Shown here piece after piece: positions 30,979-41,691 of a DNA stretch of 64,000 nucleotides. The notes below the pieces were generated by a model, which was not told the origin of the DNA, made no database searches, and worked only from the letters and a program-made list of their open reading frames with translations. This stretch comes from a virus (Duplodnaviria; Caudoviricetes). Numbering within the stretch: the first letter of the stretch is position 1; every line of letters starts with the position of its first letter. Location: IMG/VR virus record IMGVR_UViG_3300010429_001264; one strand, 5' to 3'. The position numbers and the translations under genes were made by a program.

Positions 30979-32315
30979 ATATTTTCAGCTATTCGATTTC
31001 TAGAATCAACCATATCCTTTTCGCTCAGATAATCTGTATGAACATAAGAAGAATATTCGTCTGATTTACTTTTATAAAAATTAGACTGTTTTAAAAAATC
31101 TATATTTCTTATATATAAGGCATCACCATATTTACTGGTGAATTTTAAATGCTCGTTTGATATTTTGATTGATTTATTGAAATAATTGCAACCAGGATAA
31201 ATAGATACAATGGTGACATCTGTTTCATCTGGTTTCACTTTTTTTAACCATTTAATTGTTTCATTAACGGATTCTTCTGATTCGCCAGGATGACCAACTG
31301 ACATCAAAGCCTTTACTTTCAATCCAACTTTATTAGCCAGTTCAAAAGTTTTTGTGTTCATATCCGCTGTTGTCATTTTGTTCATATTTTTCAATATTCT
31401 ATTCGAGCCGGATTCAAATCCTATTAATAACCATTTAAAACCACAATCTCGCATCAAAATCGCTTGTTCGTGAGTTAAAAGATCGCTGCGAGTAAATCCA
31501 CGAAAATTGAACTCCACACCATTTTTATTTTGATATTCTATCAATCTGAATAGCAGCTCATTGAATCTCTTTTTATTTAGATTTAACTCATCGTCATAAA
31601 ACATAAATCCTTCATAACCATATTTTTTATATAACAAATCTATTTCTTCTATGACATTATCCACGCTTCGAGTTCGGACACGATTAAAAAATTTTGAATT
31701 TCTACCACTACAAAATTCACATTTAAACGGGCAACCAAGTTGGGATATTAGACTGGTTGATTTTTTTCCATCTATGAGATATTTATAACTTTCTACATCT
31801 ATGAAATCTCGGTTAGTTATAAAGTCATTGGAATTTATATTCATAGACTCTATTATTTTTTCGTCTAGAAATATGGCTTTTATTATTGTCTCTTCACCGT
31901 CCCCAATAACTATCGTGTCTATAACCTCGTTCAACTCGTTCATATGCCTGATTATCATATCTTTAATATCATCTGTTGATATATCAATGGATGTTTGCAT
32001 CAGCGTCACGTGCGGACCGCCCAATATGATCTTTATTTTATATTTCGATTTTATATATTTACAAAGATCAAAAACTATTTTTATTTGTGGAGTCGTTGAT
32101 GTGAAACATATTACATCCAATTTATTGTTTATTATATAGTCATCTAATGCTGAGTAATAATCATTGTTATTTGTGAGATCTATAAAACTTATATTTTCAA
32201 CATTTATAGATATGGATGTGGCTACGCGTAATATACCCAAAGAAGGGAACACTCTTTCTTCTGTTAAAAATGGAGATGGGGGATTAACAAATCCTATATT
32301 TTTACTCAATATCAC
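30975..32315 (-). CDS. B12-binding radical SAM protein
   Basis: LGGPH, GDGE, GCPFKCEFC, FYDDE and GFESG motifs. Confidence 0.92.
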   Translation of the reverse strand: MILSKNIGFVNPPSPFLTEERVFPSLGILRVATSISINVENISFIDLTNNNDYYSALDDYIINNKLDVICFTSTTPQIKIVFDLCKYIKSKYKIKIILGGPHVTLMQTSIDISTDDIKDMIIRHMNELNEVIDTIVIGDGEETIIKAIFLDEKIIESMNINSNDFITNRDFIDVESYKYLIDGKKSTSLISQLGCPFKCEFCSGRNSKFFNRVRTRSVDNVIEEIDLLYKKYGYEGFMFYDDELNLNKKRFNELLFRLIEYQNKNGVEFNFRGFTRSDLLTHEQAILMRDCGFKWLLIGFESGSNRILKNMNKMTTADMNTKTFELANKVGLKVKALMSVGHPGESEESVNETIKWLKKVKPDETDVTIVSIYPGCNYFNKSIKISNEHLKFTSKYGDALYIRNIDFLKQSNFYKSKSDEYSSYVHTDYLSEKDMVDSRNRIAENI

Positions 32316-32386
32316 AATTCTTTATAAAACAAAAAAATATAAAGTTTAAAAAAATAGATTTTTAATTTTAATATATAGAAAGAGAT

Positions 32387-32944
32387 ATGAGATATTTAAG
32401 GTTATATGAACAATTTGGTAAAAAAGATGAAATATTCATTGTTTCTATGCCAAGTGGTGAAGTTTTTTATGTTGATGGGGATTTATTTGATGATATGGAT
32501 GATCAAGGATTATTGAAGTATAATATTGATTATGATAAATCGTTCTATTGCTTTTCTGACAACATAAAGCATAAAGTAGAGAGTATGATAGCTTGGAAAA
32601 AAGGAACCGAAGTTGAAGAAGAAATAATAAATGATTCATCGAGCGGTAAAACATATCTTTTTTTCGCTAATGATTTTGAAAGCAATTTATTGAAAAAATT
32701 GAAAAATGTTTTATCTCCATTCAAGGTTAAGATAAAAGTTATGGCAAAAGATAGAACGTTGAAAATAATGTATATTAAAAATGAAAATGAAACGGTGCAT
32801 CAAAGCGAGATTTATGTGATCAAAAATGATGTATATACAATAAGAATATATAGAAGAGGCGAAAAAGTAGAAGAATATGTCGTGCCAACGGATGATATGT
32901 TACTTCAAAGAATAGAGTCTGAAGTTAGATTTTATTTTAAATGA
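32387..32944 (+). CDS. Hypothetical protein, CTS-like start; paralog of 60311-60808
   Basis: MRYLRLYEQF...VSMPSGE compared with MKHLKLYEQF...VGLPSGE. Confidence 0.75.
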   Translation: MRYLRLYEQFGKKDEIFIVSMPSGEVFYVDGDLFDDMDDQGLLKYNIDYDKSFYCFSDNIKHKVESMIAWKKGTEVEEEIINDSSSGKTYLFFANDFESNLLKKLKNVLSPFKVKIKVMAKDRTLKIMYIKNENETVHQSEIYVIKNDVYTIRIYRRGEKVEEYVVPTDDMLLQRIESEVRFYFK

Positions 32945-32959
32945 AAAAATGTAATAAGA

Positions 32960-33832
32960 ATGGAAAACTTAATGTCATATGAACGATTTTTGAATGAAAA
33001 AATAAATTTACCCAGTTTTCTTAAAAGAAAAAATCCAGAAATATCTCCAATTGATGAGAATGATCCCTGGGGCGAGGACACTCCAAGAAAATATACATTT
33101 GGAGAGTGGTTTAGATATAAATATAAAGATAAAGACCCACTGACAATAAAGATAATTGATTGTCATAATAATTCTCTCACCAGTCTTGATGGAATAGAGA
33201 ACTTGATAAATCTTAAAGAGTTATATTGTTACAATAATTCTCTCGCCAGTCTCGAGGGAATAGATAACTTGAGAAATCTTAAAGTGTTACATTGTTATAA
33301 TAATTCTCTCGTCAGTATCAGGGAAGTAGAGAACCTGATAAATCTTGAAGAGTTACATTGTTATAATAATTCTCTCGTCAGTATCAGGGAAGTAGAGAAC
33401 TTGATAAATCTTGAAGAGTTACATTGTTATAATAATTCTCTCGTCAGTATCAGGGGAGTAGAGAACCTGATAAATCTTGAAGTGTTAAATTGTTCTTATA
33501 ATTCTCTCGTTAGTCTTGATGGAATAGAGAACCTGATAAATCTTAAAGAGTTATATTGTTCTAGGAATTATATAACAAGTTTCGAGGGAATAGAGAACTT
33601 GATAAATCTTAAAGTGTTATCTTGTTCTAATAATTCTCTGACCAGTCTTGAGGGAGTAGAGAACCTGGAAAATCTTGAAGAGTTATATTGTTATAATAAT
33701 TCTCTCATCAGTCTTGATGGAATAGAGAACCTGGAAAATCTTCAATGGTTATATTGTTATAATAATTCATTTTCTGATGAATATAAAAATTATTTAAATG
33801 AACATTGTAAAAAAATAAAATTACGAATATAA
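32960..33832 (+). CDS. Leucine-rich repeat protein (about nine 22-aa LRRs)
   Basis: CxNNSLxSLxGIENLxNL repeats. Confidence 0.92.
   Translation: MENLMSYERFLNEKINLPSFLKRKNPEISPIDENDPWGEDTPRKYTFGEWFRYKYKDKDPLTIKIIDCHNNSLTSLDGIENLINLKELYCYNNSLASLEGIDNLRNLKVLHCYNNSLVSIREVENLINLEELHCYNNSLVSIREVENLINLEELHCYNNSLVSIRGVENLINLEVLNCSYNSLVSLDGIENLINLKELYCSRNYITSFEGIENLINLKVLSCSNNSLTSLEGVENLENLEELYCYNNSLISLDGIENLENLQWLYCYNNSFSDEYKNYLNEHCKKIKLRI
33160..33770 (+). repeat. 66-bp coding tandem repeats (LRR)
   Basis: Near-identical units AATTCTCTC...TAGAGAAC(C/T)TG...AATCTT(A/G)AAG. Confidence 0.85.
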
Positions 33833-33844
33833 TCAAAAAAAAAA

Positions 33845-34321
33845 ATGAAACACATAAAAATATATGAAGATGTAAATGATCCCAACAATCTTTTGTTTGA
33901 TGGTAGTTTTATGTCTTGGTTAAGAACCAATTATCCAAAAAAAGAAGAATGGAATAAAATCAAAGAGTTATATTGTGATGGTATGAATTTCACTTCAATT
34001 GATGGTATAGAAAATCTTGAAAATCTAGAGCTTTTATATTGTCACGATAATTCTCTTATAAAATTAGATAATATAGAAAAAGTTAAAAATTTAAAATATT
34101 TATGGTGTTTCAATAATTTTTTAACATCTTTAAAAGGATTGGATAAATTAGAAAATTTAAAAGAAATTTGGTGTTATAATAATTATTTAACAGAAATAGA
34201 TGGCATCGAAAATCTAACTGGACTAAGAACTTTATGGTGTAGTAATAATAGATTCGATAATGATTATAAGAAATATCTTATAGATTGGTGCGATAATAAT
34301 AATATAAAACTGGAAATTTAA
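33845..34321 (+). CDS. Leucine-rich repeat protein
   Basis: About four LRRs; starts MKHIKIYED. Confidence 0.88.
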   Translation: MKHIKIYEDVNDPNNLLFDGSFMSWLRTNYPKKEEWNKIKELYCDGMNFTSIDGIENLENLELLYCHDNSLIKLDNIEKVKNLKYLWCFNNFLTSLKGLDKLENLKEIWCYNNYLTEIDGIENLTGLRTLWCSNNRFDNDYKKYLIDWCDNNNIKLEI

Positions 34322-34373
34322 ATTAGATCTTCAATTTTTTATATATAGAGAAAAAAACTTCCACTCTCTATAA

Positions 34374-36410
34374 ATGAGTTTCAAAAAAATACAATTAATA
34401 GATCCTAGTACGATTGGTTGTCCAGAGACTGGACATATTTATTTAGGTAGAGATGCGACAGGTCTTTGGGAGAAAAGAGATAACTGCGACGTAGTTTATA
34501 TAGCCTTTGCCGAGAGTGGCTCGACCGATGGAGTAGATGGTACGTCAGGCTCCTCGGGTAGAGACGGAACGTTTGTTGGAACACACGGAACATCTGGAAC
34601 ATCAGGTCGTTCAGGAACATCAGGCACGTCTGGAAGAACAGGAACATCTGGCACTAGTGGTATAGGAACAGCTGGCACAAGTGGAACATCTGGAACTGGT
34701 TCAAGTGGATCGAGTGGTTCAAGTGGTTCAAGCGGTATAACTGGCACTAGTGGCTCTTCTGGAGTAGATGGAACATTTTATGGCTCATCTGGTATGAGCG
34801 GATCGAGTGGGAGTTCTGGTATATCAGGTGGTTATGGTGGGGCCACAAGGGTCTGGTATGGTTCAAGTGGAATATTGCCACCGTCTTCTGGATTTTTTAA
34901 ACTGGATGACATTAATCTTGGATCAGCAACTGTATTGAATATACATAATAATGATTCAACAGGATCTCTGGTTGATATATGGCTAAATAGTTGGAACGAA
35001 GGTGGCATTCTAAAAATTGAAAATAAATATAACATTAGCAACTTTGGTATATATAAAGTTAATGCTGGAAATGTCGTGTCCATTGGAAATTATCACCAAG
35101 TTTCTTCTTTGTTGTCATTAGCTGCTAACGGCAATGTGATCGATAACGAATATTATATATCCTTTATTAATAACGCCTATGGATCATCTGGAACAGCAGG
35201 AAAATCAGGGACATCTGGATTAACTGGAACTTCAGGCACTTCAGGTCTTATGGGCACATCTGGCACTTCAGGTATTATGGGAACATCCGGTACATCAGGA
35301 GTCGGACCAACAGGTGAAACTGGAACATCAGGTACATCAGGAATAACTGGAACATCAGGCTCTTCTGGAACCTCAGGCACATCAGGAATAACTGGAACAT
35401 CAGGTTCTTCTGGAACATCAGGTTCTTCTGGTGAATCTTATGAATTAATGTCCTTAGTTGCTGGCGATAATATAACTTTAACAGAAAGCGGCGACACCAT
35501 TATAATATCAGCCACTCTTAGTGGGGGAACTGGCTCAGGGACTTCAGGCACATCTGGATTGACAGGAACATCAGGCACATCTGGATTGACAGGAACATCA
35601 GGCACATCTGGATTGACAGGAACATCAGGCACATCTGGATTGACAGGAACTTCAGGAACTTCTGGAATCATGGGAATATCAGGCACATCTGGAACTTCTG
35701 GATTGACAGGAACATCTGGAACTTCTGGATTGACAGGAACATCAGGAACTTCTGGATTGACAGGAACATCAGGAACTTCTGGATTGACAGGAACTTCAGG
35801 AACTTCTGGATTGACAGGAACTTCAGGAACTTCTGGATTGACAGGAACTTCAGGAACTTCTGGAATCATGGGAACATCAGGCACATCAGGAAAACAAGGT
35901 ACATCTGGAACATCAGGAACATCAAGTTTATATAATCATTATATAGGAGAATCATATGAAGGTGGTATAGTCATAGATGTTTGGTTATCAGGTGGAACTG
36001 AATATGGATTAATAGCTTCACCAACAGATATTTCGACAGGGACAACTTGGAGTAATACAGGAAAAACAATAGGTTCTTCAGCGGCAAGTTTATATGATGG
36101 TTCTGGAAATACTACTGCTATTATAAATCAATCGGGACATACAACATCGGCAGCGCAATTATGCATAGATTATAGTAATGATGGTTACACAGATTGGTAT
36201 TTACCAGCATTATGGGAAATTAAAAAATGTTATGACAATGTTTTAACTCTTGATTTAATTCTAGGTAATAATGGATTCGGATTAAAAGAATATTGGAGTT
36301 CAACAGAAGAAACAACGAATGCTCATACTCAAACATTTAGATTTGGTTATACTCACACTCAAGATAAAACAACATCCTATTATGCTGTTAGAGCAGTAAG
36401 AAGATTTTAA
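34374..36410 (+). CDS. Gly-Thr-Ser collagen-like repeat protein with C-terminal DUF1566-like domain (putative fibre)
   Basis: (GTS)n blocks; C-terminal DWYLPALWE...YWSSTE...VRAVRRF. Confidence 0.8.
   Translation: MSFKKIQLIDPSTIGCPETGHIYLGRDATGLWEKRDNCDVVYIAFAESGSTDGVDGTSGSSGRDGTFVGTHGTSGTSGRSGTSGTSGRTGTSGTSGIGTAGTSGTSGTGSSGSSGSSGSSGITGTSGSSGVDGTFYGSSGMSGSSGSSGISGGYGGATRVWYGSSGILPPSSGFFKLDDINLGSATVLNIHNNDSTGSLVDIWLNSWNEGGILKIENKYNISNFGIYKVNAGNVVSIGNYHQVSSLLSLAANGNVIDNEYYISFINNAYGSSGTAGKSGTSGLTGTSGTSGLMGTSGTSGIMGTSGTSGVGPTGETGTSGTSGITGTSGSSGTSGTSGITGTSGSSGTSGSSGESYELMSLVAGDNITLTESGDTIIISATLSGGTGSGTSGTSGLTGTSGTSGLTGTSGTSGLTGTSGTSGLTGTSGTSGIMGISGTSGTSGLTGTSGTSGLTGTSGTSGLTGTSGTSGLTGTSGTSGLTGTSGTSGLTGTSGTSGIMGTSGTSGKQGTSGTSGTSSLYNHYIGESYEGGIVIDVWLSGGTEYGLIASPTDISTGTTWSNTGKTIGSSAASLYDGSGNTTAIINQSGHTTSAAQLCIDYSNDGYTDWYLPALWEIKKCYDNVLTLDLILGNNGFGLKEYWSSTEETTNAHTQTFRFGYTHTQDKTTSYYAVRAVRRF
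35538..35923 (+). repeat. 27-bp coding tandem repeat (GTSGTSGLT)
   Basis: GGAAC(A/T)TCAGG(A/C)AC(A/T)TCTGGATTGACA units. Confidence 0.85.
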
Positions 36411-36418
36411 AAAAAAAA

Positions 36419-36766
36419 TTAATTTTTAAATCCTTTATACAATTTGACAGAATCTTCTTCTAGACTCTTCCCATCTTTTATCGCTTTGTCTATCATACGA
36501 TTTAGAGCTTCGACATAGCGGGGACGTTTATCTTTAAAACAAATGTCAATTTTTCTCTTCAAACTAGCGACTTCTTCATCTGTTTCCGCCACGCCAATTC
36601 TATCTTCTAGATACCACATACGACAATGTAATATAGCCAATTTTTCAATCACTTCACCAATATTATCTGTTTCAATTATATCCATTGGCATTTCAACATC
36701 CTTGGATTTATTTAAAGTTTCTTTTACTATATTTTTAATAATATCTTCTATTTCTTCACCTATCAT
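36419..36766 (-). CDS. DUF4254-like helical protein
   Basis: IGEVIEKLAILHCRMWYLED...KRKID pattern. Confidence 0.55.
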   Translation of the reverse strand: MIGEEIEDIIKNIVKETLNKSKDVEMPMDIIETDNIGEVIEKLAILHCRMWYLEDRIGVAETDEEVASLKRKIDICFKDKRPRYVEALNRMIDKAIKDGKSLEEDSVKLYKGFKN

Positions 36767-36816
36767 GTTTATCTCTTTTTTTTATTTTTTATATTTATTT
36801 TTTTATATATAGTTTT

Positions 36817-37560
36817 ATGAAAATGTTCAATATGTTTCTTAATGAAGAAAGAAGAGTTGCTTATAAGAAACAACTCTCGCCCGACTTATGGGAAGATGGA
36901 AAGATAATAGAAAGAATAAAACAAAAACTTATAAAAATTGGAAAAGATTTTTATGAAGATTTGGATGTTGATACTGAGCTTCTTGATATTTATTTCACTG
37001 GCTCGATGTGTAATTATAACTATTCGTCTGATTCTGATATAGATGTGCATATTATCATAGATTTCGAAGATGTCAGTGATAACATGAAATTGGTAAAAAA
37101 GGCAATGGATGGTCAACGATTTATATGGAATCTCCGACACAACATAGTTATAAAAGGACACGATGTTGAGCTATATGTTCAAGACTCTGGTGAAAAACAC
37201 ACAGCATCATCCATATATTCATTATTATATGATAAATGGATAGTTGAGCCAAAATATAATCCACCAGCCGTAGATCAGAAATTTGTCGATATGAAATATG
37301 ATGCTAAGGCTTATGACATAGACGAGCTTGAAAAATTATCAAAAGATGAAGACTTGGTGGATCCTTATGAATGTGAAGTTTATTATGATAAAGCCAAAGA
37401 AATGAAAGCGAAAATAATGAAATCTAGAAAAGAGGGTTTGGATTTAAATGGCGAATTTTCTATAGACAATCTAGTTTTCAAAAAACTTAGAAAAAATGGA
37501 AAAATTAAAAAATTAATTGACACAATAACAAGGTTTTACGATAAAATATATAGCCAATAA
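36817..37560 (+). CDS. Pol-beta-type nucleotidyltransferase
   Basis: TGS.CNYNY..DSDIDVH and VELYVQD motifs. Confidence 0.85.
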   Translation: MKMFNMFLNEERRVAYKKQLSPDLWEDGKIIERIKQKLIKIGKDFYEDLDVDTELLDIYFTGSMCNYNYSSDSDIDVHIIIDFEDVSDNMKLVKKAMDGQRFIWNLRHNIVIKGHDVELYVQDSGEKHTASSIYSLLYDKWIVEPKYNPPAVDQKFVDMKYDAKAYDIDELEKLSKDEDLVDPYECEVYYDKAKEMKAKIMKSRKEGLDLNGEFSIDNLVFKKLRKNGKIKKLIDTITRFYDKIYSQ

Positions 37561-37564
37561 AGAT

Positions 37565-37975
37565 ATGAAACACTTAAAATTATACGAGCAGTTTGATGTT
37601 GATGATGATCCTTGGGGAGAGGATCCGGTTAAATATAATTTTAGAAATGTTCTACTTGACTCTGGGTATGAATTTGTTAAAGAAATACTCAGCGGAATAA
37701 TATACGATAATATTTATTTTCAAAAATATTATAATTCTCTTATGATGATTGCTGTTAGAGCTGAAATAAAAAAGATTTATGATCCAACTAATTGGGGAAT
37801 TAAAAGAAGCAATAATATTACATATTATTTTCAAACACTTCTTTATCGATCCAATAATACAGAAAAAATTGAAAATGTAATTGAAGTGAAAAACAAAGAA
37901 TTGACAAAAGAACTAATAGAAAAATATGAAGGCGAATTATGGAAATCTCATATTTTTTTACTTTCAAATAAATAA
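37565..37975 (+). CDS. Hypothetical protein (CTS-like start, DPWGE motif)
   Basis: Starts MKHLKLYEQFDVDDDPWGED. Confidence 0.75.
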   Translation: MKHLKLYEQFDVDDDPWGEDPVKYNFRNVLLDSGYEFVKEILSGIIYDNIYFQKYYNSLMMIAVRAEIKKIYDPTNWGIKRSNNITYYFQTLLYRSNNTEKIENVIEVKNKELTKELIEKYEGELWKSHIFLLSNK

Positions 37976-37982
37976 TTAATAT

Positions 37983-38294
37983 ATGAAGCGCTTGAAATTA
38001 TACGAGCAATTTAATGAAGACGATCCTTGGGGAGAGGATTCAGGTCCATCCGATGAAAGCTCAGAGGATCTTTGGGATGATGACGACTATGATTTTAATA
38101 TTCATTATAATGATGATGATTCTTATTATGGTGATGATGACGACGATTATGATAACGTCAGAGAAGAAAAAATAGATTATTTGATGCGCAAGTTATACGA
38201 TGATGATGATATTAAATATTATTATAGAAACTATGCTTATCTTGATGGTTTGTCGGACGAAGAACTGGACGAATTATATAGAAAAAATATTTAA
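37983..38294 (+). CDS. Very acidic hypothetical protein (CTS-like start, DPWGE motif)
   Basis: Starts MKRLKLYEQFNEDDPWGED; Asp/Tyr-rich. Confidence 0.75.
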   Translation: MKRLKLYEQFNEDDPWGEDSGPSDESSEDLWDDDDYDFNIHYNDDDSYYGDDDDDYDNVREEKIDYLMRKLYDDDDIKYYYRNYAYLDGLSDEELDELYRKNI

Positions 38295-38314
38295 AAAAAA
38301 TTATATATAGACAT

Positions 38315-38704
38315 ATGAAGATAATGAAAACATTTGAAGAATTTTATACACAAGAGTGGCCAATGGCTCCAATGAATGTAGGTATGACACCAGAAGATAT
38401 AGAGGGTAATCCTGATTTCTATAATAAAGAAAATAAATTTCAAGAAGTTCAAGAACAAATGAAACTTTTATTAAAACCTATTTTATTAAAGAAAAATAAA
38501 AACGTTGATGATGGTGATGTCGAGAAAGTATCTGATTCGTTTTTCAAACTTGGTAATAATAAATCACAAGAAATAAAACAAATGGTTGATAGATGTAAAG
38601 ATACAAAACAATGTGCCAATGATATAATCAATAAATATTTAAAATATGTAAAGATTAACTTTGGTAGAAAAGATAATATAAATGATGTCGAAAATGATTA
38701 CTAA
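38315..38704 (+). CDS. Hypothetical protein (CTS-like start)
   Basis: Starts MKIMKTFEEF. Confidence 0.7.
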   Translation: MKIMKTFEEFYTQEWPMAPMNVGMTPEDIEGNPDFYNKENKFQEVQEQMKLLLKPILLKKNKNVDDGDVEKVSDSFFKLGNNKSQEIKQMVDRCKDTKQCANDIINKYLKYVKINFGRKDNINDVENDY

Positions 38705-40148
38705 AAAGAAGAAGAACGCACTAAAAGCATATGAGGAATTTAATTTCAAAAGAAAATTTAAATCCCCAATATCAATAGACTCTGAAAAATCTACAAGAAC
38801 TGAAGTTACTAATTTGTTCTTAAAATTAACAAATACAACCACTCCGGCCGGTTATGAAAATTTGATGGAGCCATTTTTGCCTCCAGGATGGAAAAGAGAT
38901 GCTTTCAGCAATTATTATTATAAGATTGGAGATTCTGAAACAATGTTCACATCTCATTTGGATACTGCCGATTATAAGAAGCCAACTCCAATAAGGCATG
39001 TTTTTACTAAATATGAAAATCGGGATATTGTTAGTACTTATGGTAATTATATACTTGGGGCAGATGATAAAGCAGGGGCGGCCATAATGATACATATGAT
39101 CAACAAAAACATACCTGGTTTATATTATTTCTTTTTGGGCGAAGAACGTGGATGTCAAGGCTCTAAGGCGTTAAACAAAGGTATTAAAAGTGGTGAATAT
39201 AAAGATAACATTTTATATAGGAATATAAAAAGAGTTATATCATTTGATAGAAAAGGATATGGAAGCATAATATCTCGTCAATGTGGAGATGAATGTTGCT
39301 CAAAAGATTTTGTTAATGCTTTATCTGAAGAATTTTCTAAACATGGTTTAAAATTTGTTGACGATCCAAATGGAGTTTATACAGACTCCTATTCATTCAT
39401 TTACACTTATCCCGAATGCACTAATCTATCAGTTGGATATTTTAATCAACACTCATCAAAAGAAATTCAAGATTTAACTTATTTGAATAGACTGGCTGAT
39501 GCTTGTTTGAAAATAAATTGGGAATCTCTTCCAACAAGAAGGGAGCCAAAAGAACCTGTCGTTGTGCCAAGAAAAAAACACACTGGCAAAAGAATCGTTG
39601 ATCTAAAAGATTGTTATATAAGCGTAAAAAACAAAGAAAAGGCTATGGAAACCGCTAAAATATTGAAGGATAGTGGTTACAAAGTTTTTAATTACGAGCA
39701 AGTCGAATCCGGAAATTTAGATTTTATTGATTTTACTAAAGGAGATCATTTTTACGTGTATAGCGCCAGAAAAGATTGTTTCTATATAACTAAAATGTCA
39801 TTAACTCAAAGACAAATGAGATCGGCAATAGTGGATTTGAAAAAATGGGCAGAAAATCCACAAGTTGATATAAGAACGAGCGAAATGAGAAAAAAGGATG
39901 CTCCAAAAATGATATTACTAAGTTTTGGTGGTGACATTGAAGGCTATTATATAGCGCAAGACTTGAAAGAAGATGGTATAGTGATGTATTCCAACACACT
40001 TATACAATATACAGATGAGGTAAACTTTTTTAAACTGGCTGACTTATATGACACTGATGATATATTTTATTTTGATCCAAAGGAAGAAGTTTGGGTTGGT
40101 TATCAGAAGAACGAATTACCAAATGATATAAAAAGTCGATTATATTAA
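38682..40148 (+). CDS. M28/M20-like zinc peptidase
   Basis: SHLDT, LGADDKAG, GEERG, FDRKG, YTDS and GYFNQH motifs. Confidence 0.85.
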   Translation: MMSKMITKKKKNALKAYEEFNFKRKFKSPISIDSEKSTRTEVTNLFLKLTNTTTPAGYENLMEPFLPPGWKRDAFSNYYYKIGDSETMFTSHLDTADYKKPTPIRHVFTKYENRDIVSTYGNYILGADDKAGAAIMIHMINKNIPGLYYFFLGEERGCQGSKALNKGIKSGEYKDNILYRNIKRVISFDRKGYGSIISRQCGDECCSKDFVNALSEEFSKHGLKFVDDPNGVYTDSYSFIYTYPECTNLSVGYFNQHSSKEIQDLTYLNRLADACLKINWESLPTRREPKEPVVVPRKKHTGKRIVDLKDCYISVKNKEKAMETAKILKDSGYKVFNYEQVESGNLDFIDFTKGDHFYVYSARKDCFYITKMSLTQRQMRSAIVDLKKWAENPQVDIRTSEMRKKDAPKMILLSFGGDIEGYYIAQDLKEDGIVMYSNTLIQYTDEVNFFKLADLYDTDDIFYFDPKEEVWVGYQKNELPNDIKSRLY

Positions 40149-40470
40149 ATGAACCACTTGAAATTATATGAGCAATTTGATCTTGAGGATCTTTCTGACG
40201 ATGAACTTTTCGGAGCGCCCGTATGATGATATTTTAACATATGAAAATGATGGGCCAGAGTTCAAAGCTGGAGATAGAGTGATAACAAATAGAAATTTAA
40301 CACCAGGCTTAAAGAACGGTCATACTGGAACAGTTATTGATTTTTATAGCGGCGTATATTTAATCTGCTTTGATAATATTACTTTTGGACACAATGGAAG
40401 TGGTAATAATAATATACCAGAAGGACATGGTTGGTGGGTAGAAGGACATTTTTTAGATTCTATTTTTTAA
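40149..40470 (+). pseudogene. Frameshifted YEQF/DDLSDDELFG-family gene
   Basis: ATG 40149 gives MNHLKLYEQFDLEDLSDDELFG, then a shift near 40213 into the frame encoding ...FKAGDRV.... Confidence 0.7.
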
Positions 40471-40512
40471 TTTTAATTCTTTTATTTATCTTTGCAAGTA
40501 AGATAAACTATT

Positions 40513-40887
40513 ATGAAAAATCTTCCAAACAAAAAAGAAATCGATGATTATTGGATAAATCATTTAGCAAAAAGAAAGGCTAAAGATATGAAAGATATTC
40601 ATCTTCCAAATCCCTTGGAACCTTTCCACTATGACATTCTATATAATAAAATGGGAGTTTTAAGAAAAGAACAACTTGTTGATGGTAAATATTATAGGGG
40701 ATTTTGTAGAAACGCTGATGTGGCGATGTGGGATGAAAAAGAAAATTGTTTTTGGTATATGCGTCATAAATTTGGAGACGTATTTGCTGAAAAAATTAAT
40801 CATCTAGATGATGATAATTTTCATGATCTTTTTGTGCCAGTTGAAGAAGTTGAACCCAAAGAAAACGAAATAATTAAAAATGAATAA
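40513..40887 (+). CDS. Conserved phage hypothetical protein
   Basis: GKYYRGFCRNADVAMW; TATCTTTG element upstream. Confidence 0.75.
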   Translation: MKNLPNKKEIDDYWINHLAKRKAKDMKDIHLPNPLEPFHYDILYNKMGVLRKEQLVDGKYYRGFCRNADVAMWDEKENCFWYMRHKFGDVFAEKINHLDDDNFHDLFVPVEEVEPKENEIIKNE

Positions 40888-41173
40888 TAACTTGAAATTC
40901 AAACTTCCAAGAAAAAAGAAAAAGAAATTTAAAAAAGATTGCTACCCGCATTTTAAATCTTATTATAATAAAGAGTGTTGGGAGTGGTTTTATTTTAAAA
41001 GAAGAGTTGAGGTGCGAAATATGGAAGTGATTATCAATTATCCGGATATTATAAGTAACACAGAACTTCTTTCTTGGTATGAAGAAAATTGTCCAAACGA
41101 TAAATTGGCAAAAATGTTCTGCTTACAAAACAGGCACAAATGGGACAAGTTTAATAAAAAATGGAAACAATAA
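40880..41173 (+). CDS. Hypothetical protein
   Basis: ORF track. Confidence 0.6.
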   Translation: MNNNLKFKLPRKKKKKFKKDCYPHFKSYYNKECWEWFYFKRRVEVRNMEVIINYPDIISNTELLSWYEENCPNDKLAKMFCLQNRHKWDKFNKKWKQ

Positions 41174-41487
41174 CATTATATAGACCTATAAATAACGAAG
41201 AATTCGATTTAATAAAATTATCTAATTTTTCAAAATTTCCGCCAAGATTGGATAGCCATCCAATATTTTATCCAGTGGTTAATTTGAAATATGCTCTTGA
41301 ACTATCCCAATGGAACATGCACTCATATGGAGCAGGATTTATTACAAAATTTAAAATAAAAAAGGAATTTCTAGATAATTTTGAAATTCATTGTGTTGGC
41401 GATAATTATCATTTAGAATATTGGATACCAGCTGAAGAATTAGACAAATTCAATTCAAATATAGTTGGAAAAATAGAATTAATATGA
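41161..41487 (+). CDS. Conserved hypothetical protein (often annotated ADP-ribosylation/crystallin J1)
   Basis: LYRP...FPPRL..PIFYPV...EYWIPAEEL pattern. Confidence 0.7.
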   Translation: METITLYRPINNEEFDLIKLSNFSKFPPRLDSHPIFYPVVNLKYALELSQWNMHSYGAGFITKFKIKKEFLDNFEIHCVGDNYHLEYWIPAEELDKFNSNIVGKIELI

Positions 41488-41690
41488 AAGAAGAAGATAA
41501 AAAACCATATACCTTTGATGAAGATGATCCTTGGGGAGAAGAATCTTCAAATAATGATGGAGGGGTCTTGCTGGGATATTCTAGAATTGATGGTAGACCA
41601 ATATTTAGGGACGGCGCTAGAATTTATAAAATCCTTCCAGATGGTTCGAAAATAGATATACAAAATATAAATTGGTCGCTGAATAAGTAA
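41484..41690 (+). CDS. Small hypothetical protein (DPWGEE motif)
   Basis: FDEDDPWGEE. Confidence 0.6.
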   Translation: MKEEDKKPYTFDEDDPWGEESSNNDGGVLLGYSRIDGRPIFRDGARIYKILPDGSKIDIQNINWSLNK

Positions 41691-41691
41691 T

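Noticed and set aside
33160-33770. 66-bp periodic repeats as a CRISPR array
   Set aside because: No unique spacers; the repeats are in-frame LRR coding units.
34496-35884. Minus-strand PEVP/PDVP ORFs
   Set aside because: Antisense shadows of the (GTS)n repeat gene.
32960-36410. Diversity-generating retroelement acting on LRR or DUF1566-like domains
   Set aside because: No reverse transcriptase and no template/variable repeat pair seen in the window.
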